Source: Acidimicrobiia bacterium (GTDB taxonomy: Bacteria; Actinomycetota; Acidimicrobiia; Spongiisociales; UBA5794). Taken from it: a DNA stretch of 64,000 nucleotides. The notes beneath the pieces are model-generated. The model had not been told where the DNA came from. It saw only the letters and a list, made by a program, of their open reading frames with translations, and ran no database searches. The position numbers were made by a program, and so were the translations under genes. The stretch spans positions 18,265 to 82,264 of the forward strand of contig JAOZRW010000002.1 of NCBI GenBank assembly GCA_029939995.1, read 5' to 3'. Of this stretch, positions 29,520 to 38,933 are shown one piece after another (position 1 is the first letter of the stretch; every line of letters starts with the position of its first letter).

Positions 29520-29951
29520 TTAGAGGGAGGCGGCGGAGAGGTTCGTGACCTGAGGAGGCCCGGGGATCCTGGTCGGCGCATCGGGAAGATGAACGTCCTC
29601 CGGCTCGGCGAGGCCGTACTTCACGATCAGATGATGGAAGTCGCGCCGGTAGAAGATCTTGCATCGCACATCCGGATACAGCTCGCGCAGACGCCGGATC
29701 TTGCCGTTCTTCTTCGTGACGAGCTTCTGGTTCATCGTGGTGATCTCGATGTAGAGGTCATCAGCGGGGAGGTAGAAATCGGGTCGGAATTGCCGCGCTA
29801 CCTTCCCATCGGCATCCCATTCGATAGCGAACGCTCGCGGCTCGTACTCCCAGTCGATCGCGTAGAAGTCGAGCAGCCTTGCGAACTCGCGCTCGCTCGA
29901 GTGGGCGAACGCCACATCATCGGCAGGTCCCCAGAAGGGATCCCCGGTCAA
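29520..29951 (-). CDS. conserved hypothetical protein, possible PD-(D/E)xK nuclease-like fold
   Basis: 143 aa with high GC3. TTG start overlaps the MerR stop (TTGA). The pattern SEREFARLL...PDFYLP...LYIEITT...K is reminiscent of restriction-endonuclease-like cores (weak, from inspection). Confidence 0.65.
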   Translation of the reverse strand: MTGDPFWGPADDVAFAHSSEREFARLLDFYAIDWEYEPRAFAIEWDADGKVARQFRPDFYLPADDLYIEITTMNQKLVTKKNGKIRRLRELYPDVRCKIFYRRDFHHLIVKYGLAEPEDVHLPDAPTRIPGPPQVTNLSAASL

Positions 29952-30445
29952 CTGGTCGCGACGTTCGATGCCGCCACCTCGCGCTCGTCCGATGCGACCC
30001 GCTCCGGGAACAACCGGTGGATCTCGCCCAGGAGCTCTTCCTGAACGGGACCGACGGCGATCCCGAATACGCCCTGACCTCCCCGGAACACGTCCACGAC
30101 CTCAGACGGGCTGTGTGCCGCGTAGATCGTCTTGCCGTCGGAGAGCAGTGTGACGTTCGACAGGGGACGCTCCGATGCGAGCTCGGCTCGCAGGATGTCC
30201 ATCGCCTTGCGGATCTTCTTCAGCGACATGCCGGCGTCCAGGAGGCGTTTCACGACCTTCAACTGAACGATGTCGGGAAAGGCGTAGAGGCGCTGGCTGC
30301 CCGACCCCGTCGCCTGCTGCAGCGAGGGCGTGATCAAACCGGTCCTCGCCCAGTAGTCGAGCTGACGGTATGTGATGCCGACCAGGTTGCACACCTGAGG
30401 GGCACGGTATCCCCCGGCTGCTTGATCGGGTCTCGTGTCCACCAT
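29948..30445 (-). CDS. MerR family transcriptional regulator (Rv1830-like)
   Basis: N-terminal wHTH (YRAPQVCNLVGITYRQLDYWARTGLITPS). Position next to the bifunctional nuclease gene matches the mycobacterial arrangement. Confidence 0.85.
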   Translation of the reverse strand: MVDTRPDQAAGGYRAPQVCNLVGITYRQLDYWARTGLITPSLQQATGSGSQRLYAFPDIVQLKVVKRLLDAGMSLKKIRKAMDILRAELASERPLSNVTLLSDGKTIYAAHSPSEVVDVFRGGQGVFGIAVGPVQEELLGEIHRLFPERVASDEREVAASNVATS

Positions 30446-30512
30446 TTCCGTGTGCCTCCCAGTTCGCGCAACTCACATTCACGTAATTCCGCCAGCTGAA
30501 ACTACGGCCGTG

Positions 30513-30542
30513 AAACTAGATGTGGGAGACGCGCGTTGTCAA
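30513..30542 (-). promoter_or_regulatory. candidate sigma-A type promoter for the MerR gene (TTGACA-18 nt-TAGTTT)
   Basis: On the minus strand, TTGACA (30542-30537) and TAGTTT (30518-30513) sit in a locally AT-richer 125-bp intergenic gap, about 65 nt upstream of the ATG at 30445. Confidence 0.35.
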
Positions 30543-30570
30543 CAACCCATGTGGATAAGTGGGCTGCGCC

Positions 30571-31068
30571 TCAGGAATTCTCCGCAGACTCGAAGTCCTC
30601 GGGCGTGACGTCGTCGAGGAATTCGCGGAATCGCTCGATCTCGGCTTCCTCCGAGTCGTCGTGGATCTCGACTCCCGCTTCGTCCAGCAACGCCCGGGAG
30701 GCGAACACCGGGGCCCCTGTTCTCGTCGCGAGCGCGATCGCATCGGACGGACGCGACGAGATCGTGAGCAACTCGCCCTCGCTCTCGATGACGAGATCGG
30801 CGAAGAACGTCCCCTCGTCGAGTGATGTCACGTCCACACGCTCTATGTCGGCGCCCAACGTGTCGAGCATGGTCTTCATGAGATCGTGTGTGAGCGGACG
30901 CGCCGTCTCGACGCCTTCGAGTGCGAGTGCGATCGCCGTGGCTTCGGGTGTCCCGATCCAGATCGGAAGGTACCGATTCCCGTCCCGTTCCCGCAGGAGC
31001 AGGATCGGGGTGTTCGTCGGGAGCTCCACCCGTACACCGACCACTTCCATCGGAACTCGATCGTCCAT
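30571..31068 (-). CDS. bifunctional nuclease family protein (DUF151, Rv1829-like)
   Basis: VGVRVELPTNTPILLLRE...YLPIWIGTPEATAIALALEG...RPLTHDL is the DUF151 signature. Confidence 0.85.
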   Translation of the reverse strand: MDDRVPMEVVGVRVELPTNTPILLLRERDGNRYLPIWIGTPEATAIALALEGVETARPLTHDLMKTMLDTLGADIERVDVTSLDEGTFFADLVIESEGELLTISSRPSDAIALATRTGAPVFASRALLDEAGVEIHDDSEEAEIERFREFLDDVTPEDFESAENS

Positions 31069-31113
31069 GACCCCAGCCTATCACCGGGCTCGGGCCGTCG
31101 AAACGGATACCGC

Positions 31114-31674
31114 TCAGTGGAAGACCCGTCGGCCGAAGGAGTCCGGATCGGCGGTGAGGTGGGCGAGGTCCATGACCGCCCATATGGACGGAACGTTGCG
31201 GTAGCGCCCCTGCCAATCCATCCCGTAGCCGAGCAGGAACTCGTCTCCGACTTCGAAGCCCCGGTGCTCGACCGGCACGTCGACGATGCGGCGACCCGCC
31301 TTGTCGAGCAGGGCCGCCGTCTTGACGCTCGTCGCGCCCCTCGCCGTGAGCATCTTCCGAAGCGTCGAGAGGGTCAGCCCTGTGTCGACGATGTCTTCGA
31401 CGATCAGGACGCTCCGGCCCTCTACCGGTACCGAGAGATCCATCGCGATCGAGACCCTCCCCTCTCTCCCGAAGCGGGTGAGATTGAGGAAGTCGACTTC
31501 GATGGTCAAAGGAAGGTGACGCGTGAGGTCGGTGAGGAACGGCACCGATCCCTTCAACACGCCGATGACGACCGGGCTCGGGTCGTCCAGATCGGTCGTG
31601 ATCTCGTCTCCGAGCTCCGCCACTCTCGCCTGGAGCGTGGCTTCGTCGATGACCTCGAGGAACGGCTCGGTCAT
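31114..31674 (-). CDS. hpt: hypoxanthine phosphoribosyltransferase
   Basis: PRPP-binding VLIVEDIVDTGLTL, VIGVLKGSVPF and GYGMDW motifs. ATG 31674 overlaps the upstream stop (ATGA). Confidence 0.9.
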   Translation of the reverse strand: MTEPFLEVIDEATLQARVAELGDEITTDLDDPSPVVIGVLKGSVPFLTDLTRHLPLTIEVDFLNLTRFGREGRVSIAMDLSVPVEGRSVLIVEDIVDTGLTLSTLRKMLTARGATSVKTAALLDKAGRRIVDVPVEHRGFEVGDEFLLGYGMDWQGRYRNVPSIWAVMDLAHLTADPDSFGRRVFH

Positions 31675-32723
31675 TGATCCCCTCCCGCGACGCCCGGCAG
31701 AGCTCCCTTGAGCCATTCGCCGATCATCGCGGCTTTGGGGAGGTCGATCAGCGGCGACATCCGCCAGCGCCCGTCGTCCACTCTGGGCATCGCCGCAAGA
31801 CGACGTTTCTGCGAGTCGGAGAGCTCGATCTCGTCGGCTACGACCCCTCCCCCACCCTGCTCGGAGAAGAAGGGGCGCATCCATCGATCGTTGATCCCGT
31901 ACGTGCCGTACGCCCAGTCGATCAACTCGCGGCTATCGCTGAAATGATCGTCGGAGCCCATGACGACGGTGATGATGCGCCTCGGCCCGCGTTCGGTCAC
32001 GCCCAAGAGGACCTTGTTCGCCCACGGCGTGTCACCCGTCTTCAGGCCGACGACTCCCGGATAGGTGCCGAGGAGGTGGTTGGTGTTGTTGACCTGGCGT
32101 GTCTTGCCGGTCGGGTCCGCCGGCAACTTGATCGTCTTGATCCTGGCGATCTTCTGGATGTCGGGGTAGTCGAGCGACGCCACGACCATCGTCACGAGAT
32201 CGTTCGCCGTCGTGTAGTGGTTCTCGTTGTCGAGCCCGTTCGGATTCGCGAAGCTCGTGTCCGTCATGCCGAGCTCCGCCGCCCGGGCGTTCATGTCGTC
32301 GACGAAAGCGTCGACGCTGCCGTCTCCTGCGTACCACGCGAGGGTGAGCGCGGCGTCGTTCCCCGATCGGACCAGCATCGCCACGAGCAGGTCGTACACC
32401 GTCCACTCCTCACCGGCGACCAACCCGGCCGTCGATCCCCGTGTCGACACGGCGAAGGCGGGGACGGTCACGACCTCGTCCAGCCCGACCTCATCGATGA
32501 CGATCATCGCCGTCATCACCTTGGTCACCGACGCCATCGACCTCGGCTCGTTGACGTTCCAGGTGGCGAGCATCACATCCGCGGTTTCGTCGTACACGGC
32601 CCATTCGACTGCGCTGACCTTCGGCGGCGGAGGTTGTGGCACGCCGACCACTGGAGCCGTCGGGGACGACACCAGCGGCGCAAGGAGCGCGAGCACGAGT
32701 GTGGCGGAGAGTGTTGAAATCAT
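31671..32723 (-). CDS. D-alanyl-D-alanine carboxypeptidase (peptidase S11, PBP5-like)
   Basis: Signal sequence. SxxK (SVTK), SGN (VRSGNDAA) and KTG (GLKTGDT) motifs. Confidence 0.85.
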   Translation of the reverse strand: MISTLSATLVLALLAPLVSSPTAPVVGVPQPPPPKVSAVEWAVYDETADVMLATWNVNEPRSMASVTKVMTAMIVIDEVGLDEVVTVPAFAVSTRGSTAGLVAGEEWTVYDLLVAMLVRSGNDAALTLAWYAGDGSVDAFVDDMNARAAELGMTDTSFANPNGLDNENHYTTANDLVTMVVASLDYPDIQKIARIKTIKLPADPTGKTRQVNNTNHLLGTYPGVVGLKTGDTPWANKVLLGVTERGPRRIITVVMGSDDHFSDSRELIDWAYGTYGINDRWMRPFFSEQGGGGVVADEIELSDSQKRRLAAMPRVDDGRWRMSPLIDLPKAAMIGEWLKGALPGVAGGDQ

Positions 32724-33430
32724 CGTTCGAGGAGGTTGCGAAGCCTACCCCGGGTAATGCTTTCTTGAAGCACCGCCGCTGCCTGAGAGCAATCAGCGAG
32801 CGTCTCCGCGGCGCGATGTCGGTTCTCGGGGTTCCTGTGTCGCAGCAGCGGTGCGACCAGCTGACCGAGGAGGTCGGTTTGCCGATCGGCCGAGAGGCGG
32901 ATCAGCCGGAGGTGTCGCACCTCGAGTCCGTGGCTGAGGAGGCGATGCGCTGCGCGGGCGATCGACAGGTCGTGGTCGCGGAACACCTCGGTGCCGTCCG
33001 GAAGCTTCATCGGGTCGAGAATGCCGGCCTCGATCAGGCTCGTGAGTTGATGAGCGGACAATCCGGACGACCGCATCAGTTCGGCCGGCGTGAGCGACAC
33101 ACCGGAAGTTGCGAAGTAGGCCTCAGGCGGCGGACCCGCGTCCGGGGCCACCGGGGATTCGTCTCCCTGTTCCCACGCGGCGAGCTTCGACTTGATCACC
33201 TTCAACGGCAGATAGTGATCTCGCTGTTCCTTCAAGACGTACTCGATACGGCGCACGTCCTCTTCGTTGAAAACGCGGTATCCGGACGCGGATCGGCCCG
33301 GCTCGATCAGTCCCTGGCTCTCCAGGAACCGGAGTTTCGACACGGTGACGTCGGGGAACTCCGGTTTCAGGAGGTTGATGACCTCGCCGATGCTGCGAGT
33401 TCTCGCCGCTCTCAGTTGCGGAGCGCTCAT
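32720..33430 (-). CDS. MerR family transcriptional regulator (Rv1828 / FtsR-like)
   Basis: SIGEVINLLKPEFPDVTVSKLRFLESQGLIEPGRSASGYRVF wHTH. Lies immediately downstream of the FHA gene, as in mycobacteria and corynebacteria. Confidence 0.8.
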   Translation of the reverse strand: MSAPQLRAARTRSIGEVINLLKPEFPDVTVSKLRFLESQGLIEPGRSASGYRVFNEEDVRRIEYVLKEQRDHYLPLKVIKSKLAAWEQGDESPVAPDAGPPPEAYFATSGVSLTPAELMRSSGLSAHQLTSLIEAGILDPMKLPDGTEVFRDHDLSIARAAHRLLSHGLEVRHLRLIRLSADRQTDLLGQLVAPLLRHRNPENRHRAAETLADCSQAAAVLQESITRGRLRNLLER

Positions 33431-33849
33431 CAGATGTTCCCGCGCGCTACGACGAGATGGAACTTCCCGATGATGACCTCGTCGCCTGCCGTGAGCGCAT
33501 AGGCGTCGGCCCATTCGCCGTTGATGTAGGTGCCGTTGGTCGACCCGAGATCCTGGATGCGTAGCGTCTCGCCGTCGACGCTGAACCGTGCATGGTGGCG
33601 GGATACGGTCACGTCACCGAGGAAGATGTCACAATCGGAGCCCCGCCCGACGAGCGTGTCCCCGTCGGCGAGGACGTACGTCAAGCCTGCCTGCGGTCCC
33701 GTCTCAACGATGAGCGCCCACTTGAACGCTCCGGCGACCGTGCTCCCCGATGCGCCGCTGGCAGGTTCCTCCTGGGAAGGGTTGAACGTGATGGTCGGAT
33801 CGCGTTCGACATCGGTTGGGTTCGGCTCGTCGTGTCGTGCCATGGGCAC
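33430..33849 (-). CDS. FHA domain-containing protein (GarA/OdhI-like)
   Basis: C-terminal FHA domain (LVGRGSDCDIFLGDVTVSRHHARF...DLGSTNGTYING) after a short Thr-containing N-terminal tail. Sits next to gcvH as garA does. Confidence 0.85.
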   Translation of the reverse strand: MPMARHDEPNPTDVERDPTITFNPSQEEPASGASGSTVAGAFKWALIVETGPQAGLTYVLADGDTLVGRGSDCDIFLGDVTVSRHHARFSVDGETLRIQDLGSTNGTYINGEWADAYALTAGDEVIIGKFHLVVARGNI

Positions 33850-33934
33850 ATCCTACCTCAACCCTCGACCGATGCTTGAGGGTTTCGCACGGTTTCTCCG
33901 TGATTCGCTGGGAATCCCTCCCCCGGACGAACGG

Positions 33935-34318
33935 TCAGCCCTCGATGAACGCCCGGTACTGTGCCGGGTCCATGAGCTCCTCGAGACCGGCGCCGTCGGT
34001 CGGGTCGATCGTGGCGAACCATCCGGTGACGAACGGATCCGTGTTGACCAGCTCCGGTGTGTCGATCAGCGCCTCGTTCACCGCGGTCACCGTCCCCGTA
34101 GCCGGCGCGTAGACGTCGTTGACGGACTTTGTCGACTCAACTTCAGCGAAACTCTGCCCCGCCTCGACCGTCTGCCCGACTTCCGGCAGTTCGACGTAGA
34201 CGACGTCGCCGAGCGCCTCCTGGGCATAGTCCGTGATGCCGACGGTGATCCCGCCGTCCGGTTCCCGTCGCGCCCATTCGTGGTTCTCCGTGTATCGAAG
34301 GTTCTCCGGGATGTTCAC
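33935..34318 (-). CDS. gcvH: glycine cleavage system protein H
   Basis: YTENHEW and lipoyl-lysine motif EVESTKSV. 127 aa. GTG start. Confidence 0.93.
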   Translation of the reverse strand: MNIPENLRYTENHEWARREPDGGITVGITDYAQEALGDVVYVELPEVGQTVEAGQSFAEVESTKSVNDVYAPATGTVTAVNEALIDTPELVNTDPFVTGWFATIDPTDGAGLEELMDPAQYRAFIEG

Positions 34319-34351
34319 TGGTCGTCTCCTGATCGCTCGCGTCGTCCGAGT

Positions 34352-34918
34352 CTACTGATCCGAATCGCGCGCATGTGCTGCAGCGATGGCTGCTCGCATG
34401 TCCCCGAGATACGCGAACGCCACGACGTAGTAGGTGATGAGGCCCGGGATCGCGACGGCCATCGCAGCCCACCAGAGCAGGTCGAGGTCCCACCCGTCGG
34501 CGAGATAGAAGGCCGTCACCCCGAAGTAGAGCAGCAGGGTCGCGAGCTTCCCGAGCCACCGGACGTCGAGACGCTTCACCCCGTTCGTCCAACCGTAGAC
34601 GGCGCCGATTCCGATGACGACCTCGCGGATGATGATGCCCCATCCGAACCAGGCCGGGAGCACTCCGATCACGAGTCCCAGAACGACTGCGATGGCGACG
34701 GCGAGTCGGTCCGCGATCGGATCGAGCATCTTCCCGACCTCGGTCACCTGGTCGAGACGCCGAGCGAGGTATCCATCGATCCAGTCGGTGGCGCCGATGA
34801 CGCCCAGTAGCACACCGGCCCACGCCGTCTGTTCGACAAGTGCCAGCCAGATGAACACCGGGATGAGGAGGAGCCGGAGAAACGAGACGGTGTTCGGGAC
34901 GTTGAGGACCTCTCCCAC
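34352..34918 (-). CDS. CDP-alcohol phosphatidyltransferase family protein
   Basis: Motif DWIDGYLARR...GKMLDPIADR (D-x2-DG-x2-AR...D-x3-D) in a multi-span membrane ORF. GTG start. Confidence 0.85.
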   Translation of the reverse strand: MGEVLNVPNTVSFLRLLLIPVFIWLALVEQTAWAGVLLGVIGATDWIDGYLARRLDQVTEVGKMLDPIADRLAVAIAVVLGLVIGVLPAWFGWGIIIREVVIGIGAVYGWTNGVKRLDVRWLGKLATLLLYFGVTAFYLADGWDLDLLWWAAMAVAIPGLITYYVVAFAYLGDMRAAIAAAHARDSDQ

Positions 34919-34920
34919 GG

Positions 34921-35328
34921 CTACGACACCATCACGACCCGGAACTTGATCCGGGCGATCTCTTCTTCTTCGAAGGTCACGATGAACGCGTACCCCTTCG
35001 CCTCTGTGAACTGGATGTTGTAGAAGGGGCTCACGATCGGCACGATGCTCGTCGCGCCGGGCGGCAGGTTCGGAGGAGCACCCACCCGCAGTTTCCCGCG
35101 CGCTTCGATGTCGAGGCTCCGGCCGTCCTCGTCGAGGAGTTGGATCAGAATCTCGAGGTCACGATGCCGCTCATCGGGCTCGATCTCCGCGACCATCGCC
35201 AGCGTCAGGTTCCGGTGGACGACGGGCAGGGAGCGAGCGCTGATCGTGTCGAAGCCCCCGCCGAGGACGAAGAGCTTTCCCCCTTGCACCTGCGCCGCAT
35301 CGGCAAGCATCGCTGTGGTGAGTCTCAT
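34921..35328 (-). CDS. conserved hypothetical protein
   Basis: 135 aa from MRLTTAML. AGAGGAG SD upstream and high GC3. No family recognised with confidence. Confidence 0.6.
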   Translation of the reverse strand: MRLTTAMLADAAQVQGGKLFVLGGGFDTISARSLPVVHRNLTLAMVAEIEPDERHRDLEILIQLLDEDGRSLDIEARGKLRVGAPPNLPPGATSIVPIVSPFYNIQFTEAKGYAFIVTFEEEEIARIKFRVVMVS

Positions 35329-35529
35329 TCGCACTCCTCTGTTCCGGCGTCGTCGAGTGATCGGCTCCTGTGCTGCGCACTTCGGCACGATACCGTCGGG
35401 TCGCTCGCATCGGGTGTATCAACTCGAACGAAGGAATGGGTCGATTGGACCATGGTGGGGCCATCTCCGCTGTCGTAGGCTGCTATCGGGCGTCGGAGAG
35501 GCAGAAGGCTGAGCAGCCGGAGATGTCTC

Positions 35530-35763
35530 GTGTCCTTCGATCTGACCCAACCGACTTCCACAACCGGAGACGACGTCTTCGACGAGCCTCCCTTCACCGA
35601 GGACGGGGATGCGGATTCCTTCAGCACGTCCCGCTACGAGAGGAACTCCGGCAGCCTCCCCCATCTCGGTTCCGATCCCGAGTGGGCGCCGCCCGGTTCC
35701 GAGTTCGTCGCCACCATCGTCGAGGACGAGCCCCGGGGATGGTTGCGGAGGCTGTGGGCCTGA
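35530..35763 (+). CDS. small acidic hypothetical protein
   Basis: 77 codons from GTG 35530 with consistently G/C third positions. The overlapping 157-codon frame is Arg-rich and non-coding-like. Confidence 0.45.
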   Translation: MSFDLTQPTSTTGDDVFDEPPFTEDGDADSFSTSRYERNSGSLPHLGSDPEWAPPGSEFVATIVEDEPRGWLRRLWA

Positions 35764-35848
35764 ACAGCCGACCGCGGCGACCCGTGCCGACCGCAATCGT
35801 TGACGCTTCGGTTCAGAAGGACGGGGATGAACGGGTAATCTGATCTCC

Positions 35849-37402
35849 GTGAGCACCCCGACTTTCGTTCTCGCCATCGATCTCGGCACGTCAGGGCCGA
35901 AGGTTGCGCTCGTCTCGGCTGAGGGCGAGATCATCGGAAAGTCGGCCGAGACCGTCGGTCTGCTCCTCGACGGCGCCGGCGGGGCCGAGCAGGACCCCCA
36001 CGCATGGTGGCGGGCGATCGTCTCCGCCGTTGGTTCTGCTCTCGACGCCGCCGGAGAGGTCGAGATCGCTGCCGTATCGGTCACGTCGCAATGGTCGGGC
36101 ACGGTGCCGATCGACGACGCGGGAGACCCCATCGGCAACGCCATCATCTGGATGGACTCTCGCGGCGCCCCGTATCTGAACGACATCCTTGCGGCCGGCC
36201 CGATGCGGGTGGAGGGGTTCGGCCCGATGCGCGTCCGCCGGTGGGTCTCGCTGACCGGCGGGGCTCCCTCCGGCGCCGGCAAGGACCCCATCGCGCACAT
36301 CCTGTTTCTTCGCCATGAGCGGCCCGGGGTATACGCGGCCGCGACCATGTTCCTCGAGCCGAAGGACTACATCAATCTGCGGCTCACGGGTCGCGCCGTC
36401 GCGTCGTACGACTCGATCGCGCTCCACTGGATCACGGACAACCGCGACCCCGACGCGGTCGACTACGACGACACGCTGCTCCGGTACGTGGGATTGCGTC
36501 GGGATCAGTTGCCTCCCCTGGTGCACGCAACCGAGGTCGTCGGCGGCCTCTCCCCGACAGCAGCGAAGGAACTCGGATTGCGGGAGGGCACACCTGTGCT
36601 GGCCGGGACTCCGGACGTTTCTTCCGCTGCAATCGGCGCCGGAACCGTCCACGATTTCGGGGCGCATCTCTACATCGGCACGTCCTCGTGGCTGACGTGC
36701 CATGTTCCGTACAAGAAGACCGATCTGATCCACTCCATCGCTTCGCTGCCCGCGGCCGTGCCCGGACGCTGGTTCGTCGCGAACGAGCAAGAAACCGCCG
36801 GCAAGGCGCTCGATTGGTTCTCGACCGTACTGTTCCCCGACCGTGTGGACGATCCGACCGTCTACGACGACATGAACACCATCGCGGCCGGCGTGCCGGC
36901 CGGATCCAACGGGGTTATCTTCACGCCGTGGCTCTACGGGGAGCGGACCCCGATCGAGGACGCGAACCTGCGCGGCGGATTCTTCAACCAGTCGCTCGAC
37001 ACCGGTCGCGACGAGATGATCCGGGCCGTCTTCGAAGGCGTCGCCTACAACACGCGGTGGCTGCTCGAGACCGTTGAACGCTTCACCAAGCGCCGCCTCG
37101 ACCCCATCGCGATGGTCGGCGGCGGAGCCCGATCGGAACTCTGGGCCCAGATCCACGCCGATGTGCTCGACCGCACGATCCTCCAGCGAGACGAGCCGCT
37201 CTGGGTGAACATCCGCGGTGCGGGGATGCTCGCCCACGCCGCTCTGGGTCATGTCGAGTGGGGCGACGTCGATGCCTCGGCACCGACCGCCGCGACCCGG
37301 ACTCCGAATCCGGCAAATCGCTCCGTCTACGACGACGGGTACGCGACGTTCCGGAGCATCCACAAGGCCAACCGCAGCATCTACCGTCGACTCAACGCGT
37401 AA
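35849..37402 (+). CDS. FGGY family carbohydrate kinase (xylulokinase-like)
   Basis: [18 protein letters not shown]-terminal ATPase motif, and [16 protein letters not shown] in the C-terminal FGGY domain. GTG start. Confidence 0.85.
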   Translation: MSTPTFVLAIDLGTSGPKVALVSAEGEIIGKSAETVGLLLDGAGGAEQDPHAWWRAIVSAVGSALDAAGEVEIAAVSVTSQWSGTVPIDDAGDPIGNAIIWMDSRGAPYLNDILAAGPMRVEGFGPMRVRRWVSLTGGAPSGAGKDPIAHILFLRHERPGVYAAATMFLEPKDYINLRLTGRAVASYDSIALHWITDNRDPDAVDYDDTLLRYVGLRRDQLPPLVHATEVVGGLSPTAAKELGLREGTPVLAGTPDVSSAAIGAGTVHDFGAHLYIGTSSWLTCHVPYKKTDLIHSIASLPAAVPGRWFVANEQETAGKALDWFSTVLFPDRVDDPTVYDDMNTIAAGVPAGSNGVIFTPWLYGERTPIEDANLRGGFFNQSLDTGRDEMIRAVFEGVAYNTRWLLETVERFTKRRLDPIAMVGGGARSELWAQIHADVLDRTILQRDEPLWVNIRGAGMLAHAALGHVEWGDVDASAPTAATRTPNPANRSVYDDGYATFRSIHKANRSIYRRLNA

Positions 37403-37412
37403 GGACGAACCC

Positions 37413-38921
37413 ATGAGCGTCACCGACCGGGCCAAGAAGCTCCTCGACCGTCTCCCGCCACGCCTCGCTTCGAGCCTCATCGGCGGGGCGCAGCGCGTGC
37501 CGAAGCTGCGCGATATGTTCGAAGCCGAGTACGACAGTCTCCTCGACTCGGCACCGGTCGTTCGGCCGCAGGTCGACGTCCCGGTGTTTGAGCGGCTTCC
37601 GGAAGTGGGCCGGGACCCGGCGGATATCCTCAACGACGTCCGCCGATTGGCCCAGGCCGAACACGCCGAATGGAGCGACGGCTACGCATCCGGCGCCGTC
37701 TACAACGGCGACGAGGATCACATCGCCTTCCTCAACGAGGTGTATGCGCTCCAGTCCCAGTCGAATCCGCTGCATCTCGACGTCTGGCCGTCCGGCATGA
37801 AGTTCGAGTCCGAGGTCGTGTCGATGACCGCCGGCATGCTCGGTGCCCGCGTCGCTGCACAATCCGGTGACGAGATCGTCGGAACGGTCACCTCCGGTGG
37901 CACCGAGTCGATCATCATGGCGATGAAGGCCTACCGGGATCGCGCCGGCTTCAAGCGGCCGCAGATGGTGATCCCGAATTCGGCCCATGTCGCCTTCGAC
38001 AAGGCCGCGGCCTACTTCGGCTACGACCAGGTCCGGGTTCCGGTCGGGGACGACTATCGGGCGGACGTCGATGCGATGGCGCGAGCGATGACGCGGAGAA
38101 CGGTCGTCGTCGTGGGCTCTGCGCCGGGATTCCCGCACGGCGTCGTCGACCCGATCCCCGAACTGTCCGACATGGCCCGGGAGCGCGGCGTCGGGTTCCA
38201 CACCGATGCGTGTCTCGGCGGGTTCGTCCTCCCCTGGGCGGAGCGGCTCGGCTACGACGTGCCCCCCTTCGACTTCCGCCTCCCCGGCGTCACCTCCATG
38301 TCCGCCGATACGCACAAGTACGGGTATGCGGCCAAGGGCACGTCCGTGGTTCTCTACCGCGGGCGTGAACTCCGTCGCCACCAGTTCTACGTCGCCACGG
38401 AGTGGCCCGGGGGCCTCTACTACTCCCCCACGCTCGCCGGCAGCAGACCCGGGGGCCTCCTCGCCGCCGCGTGGGCTGCACTGGTCTCGATGGGCGAGGA
38501 CGGATACCTGGAAGCGACGGCATCGATCCTCGAGACGGGGGCGCGGGTCAAGGCCGGCATCGAAGAGATCGACGGTCTCCGTGTCCTCGGAGATCCGCTC
38601 TGGGTCGTTGCGTTCGCCTCCGACGAGGTCGACATCTACGAGGTGATGGCGAGGATGGCCGAGCGTGGATGGAGCTTGAACGGCCTCCACCATCCGCCCG
38701 CCGTGCATCTCGCCGTCACCCTCCGGCACACCCTCCCCGGTGTTGCAGACCGCTTCCTCGACGATCTGGAAGACTCCGTCGAGCAAGCGCGCCGGGCCGG
38801 AGGGGTCGCCACGACCGGGGCTGCTCCGATGTACGGGATGGCGGCGACGTTCCCGTCCCGTGCCGCGGTGGGCGAGCTCATGGCCCGCTACATCGACCGG
38901 ATCTACGAGATCGACAACTGA
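37413..38921 (+). CDS. PLP-dependent sphingosine-1-phosphate lyase family protein (group II decarboxylase fold)
   Basis: [25 protein letters not shown]...[12 protein letters not shown] aligns almost residue-for-residue with the PLP-lysine region of eukaryotic SGPL1 as I recall it. Starts 11 nt after the kinase stop. Confidence 0.85.
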   Translation: MSVTDRAKKLLDRLPPRLASSLIGGAQRVPKLRDMFEAEYDSLLDSAPVVRPQVDVPVFERLPEVGRDPADILNDVRRLAQAEHAEWSDGYASGAVYNGDEDHIAFLNEVYALQSQSNPLHLDVWPSGMKFESEVVSMTAGMLGARVAAQSGDEIVGTVTSGGTESIIMAMKAYRDRAGFKRPQMVIPNSAHVAFDKAAAYFGYDQVRVPVGDDYRADVDAMARAMTRRTVVVVGSAPGFPHGVVDPIPELSDMARERGVGFHTDACLGGFVLPWAERLGYDVPPFDFRLPGVTSMSADTHKYGYAAKGTSVVLYRGRELRRHQFYVATEWPGGLYYSPTLAGSRPGGLLAAAWAALVSMGEDGYLEATASILETGARVKAGIEEIDGLRVLGDPLWVVAFASDEVDIYEVMARMAERGWSLNGLHHPPAVHLAVTLRHTLPGVADRFLDDLEDSVEQARRAGGVATTGAAPMYGMAATFPSRAAVGELMARYIDRIYEIDN

Positions 38922-38933
38922 GCTGGGGCCCGT

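Noticed and set aside
29431-29523. A 30-codon plus-strand mini-ORF (MPSPARGSQGFSFRGPGTSNRAQRTLGSGR) inside the inverted-repeat element.
   Set aside because: It has no SD and a low-complexity product, and its existence is dictated by the hairpin sequence. Nothing supports translation.
33850-34351. A glycine riboswitch associated with gcvH.
   Set aside because: The gaps flanking gcvH are 85 and 33 nt and show no tandem aptamer-like structure. Glycine riboswitches normally precede gcvT/gcvP rather than gcvH.
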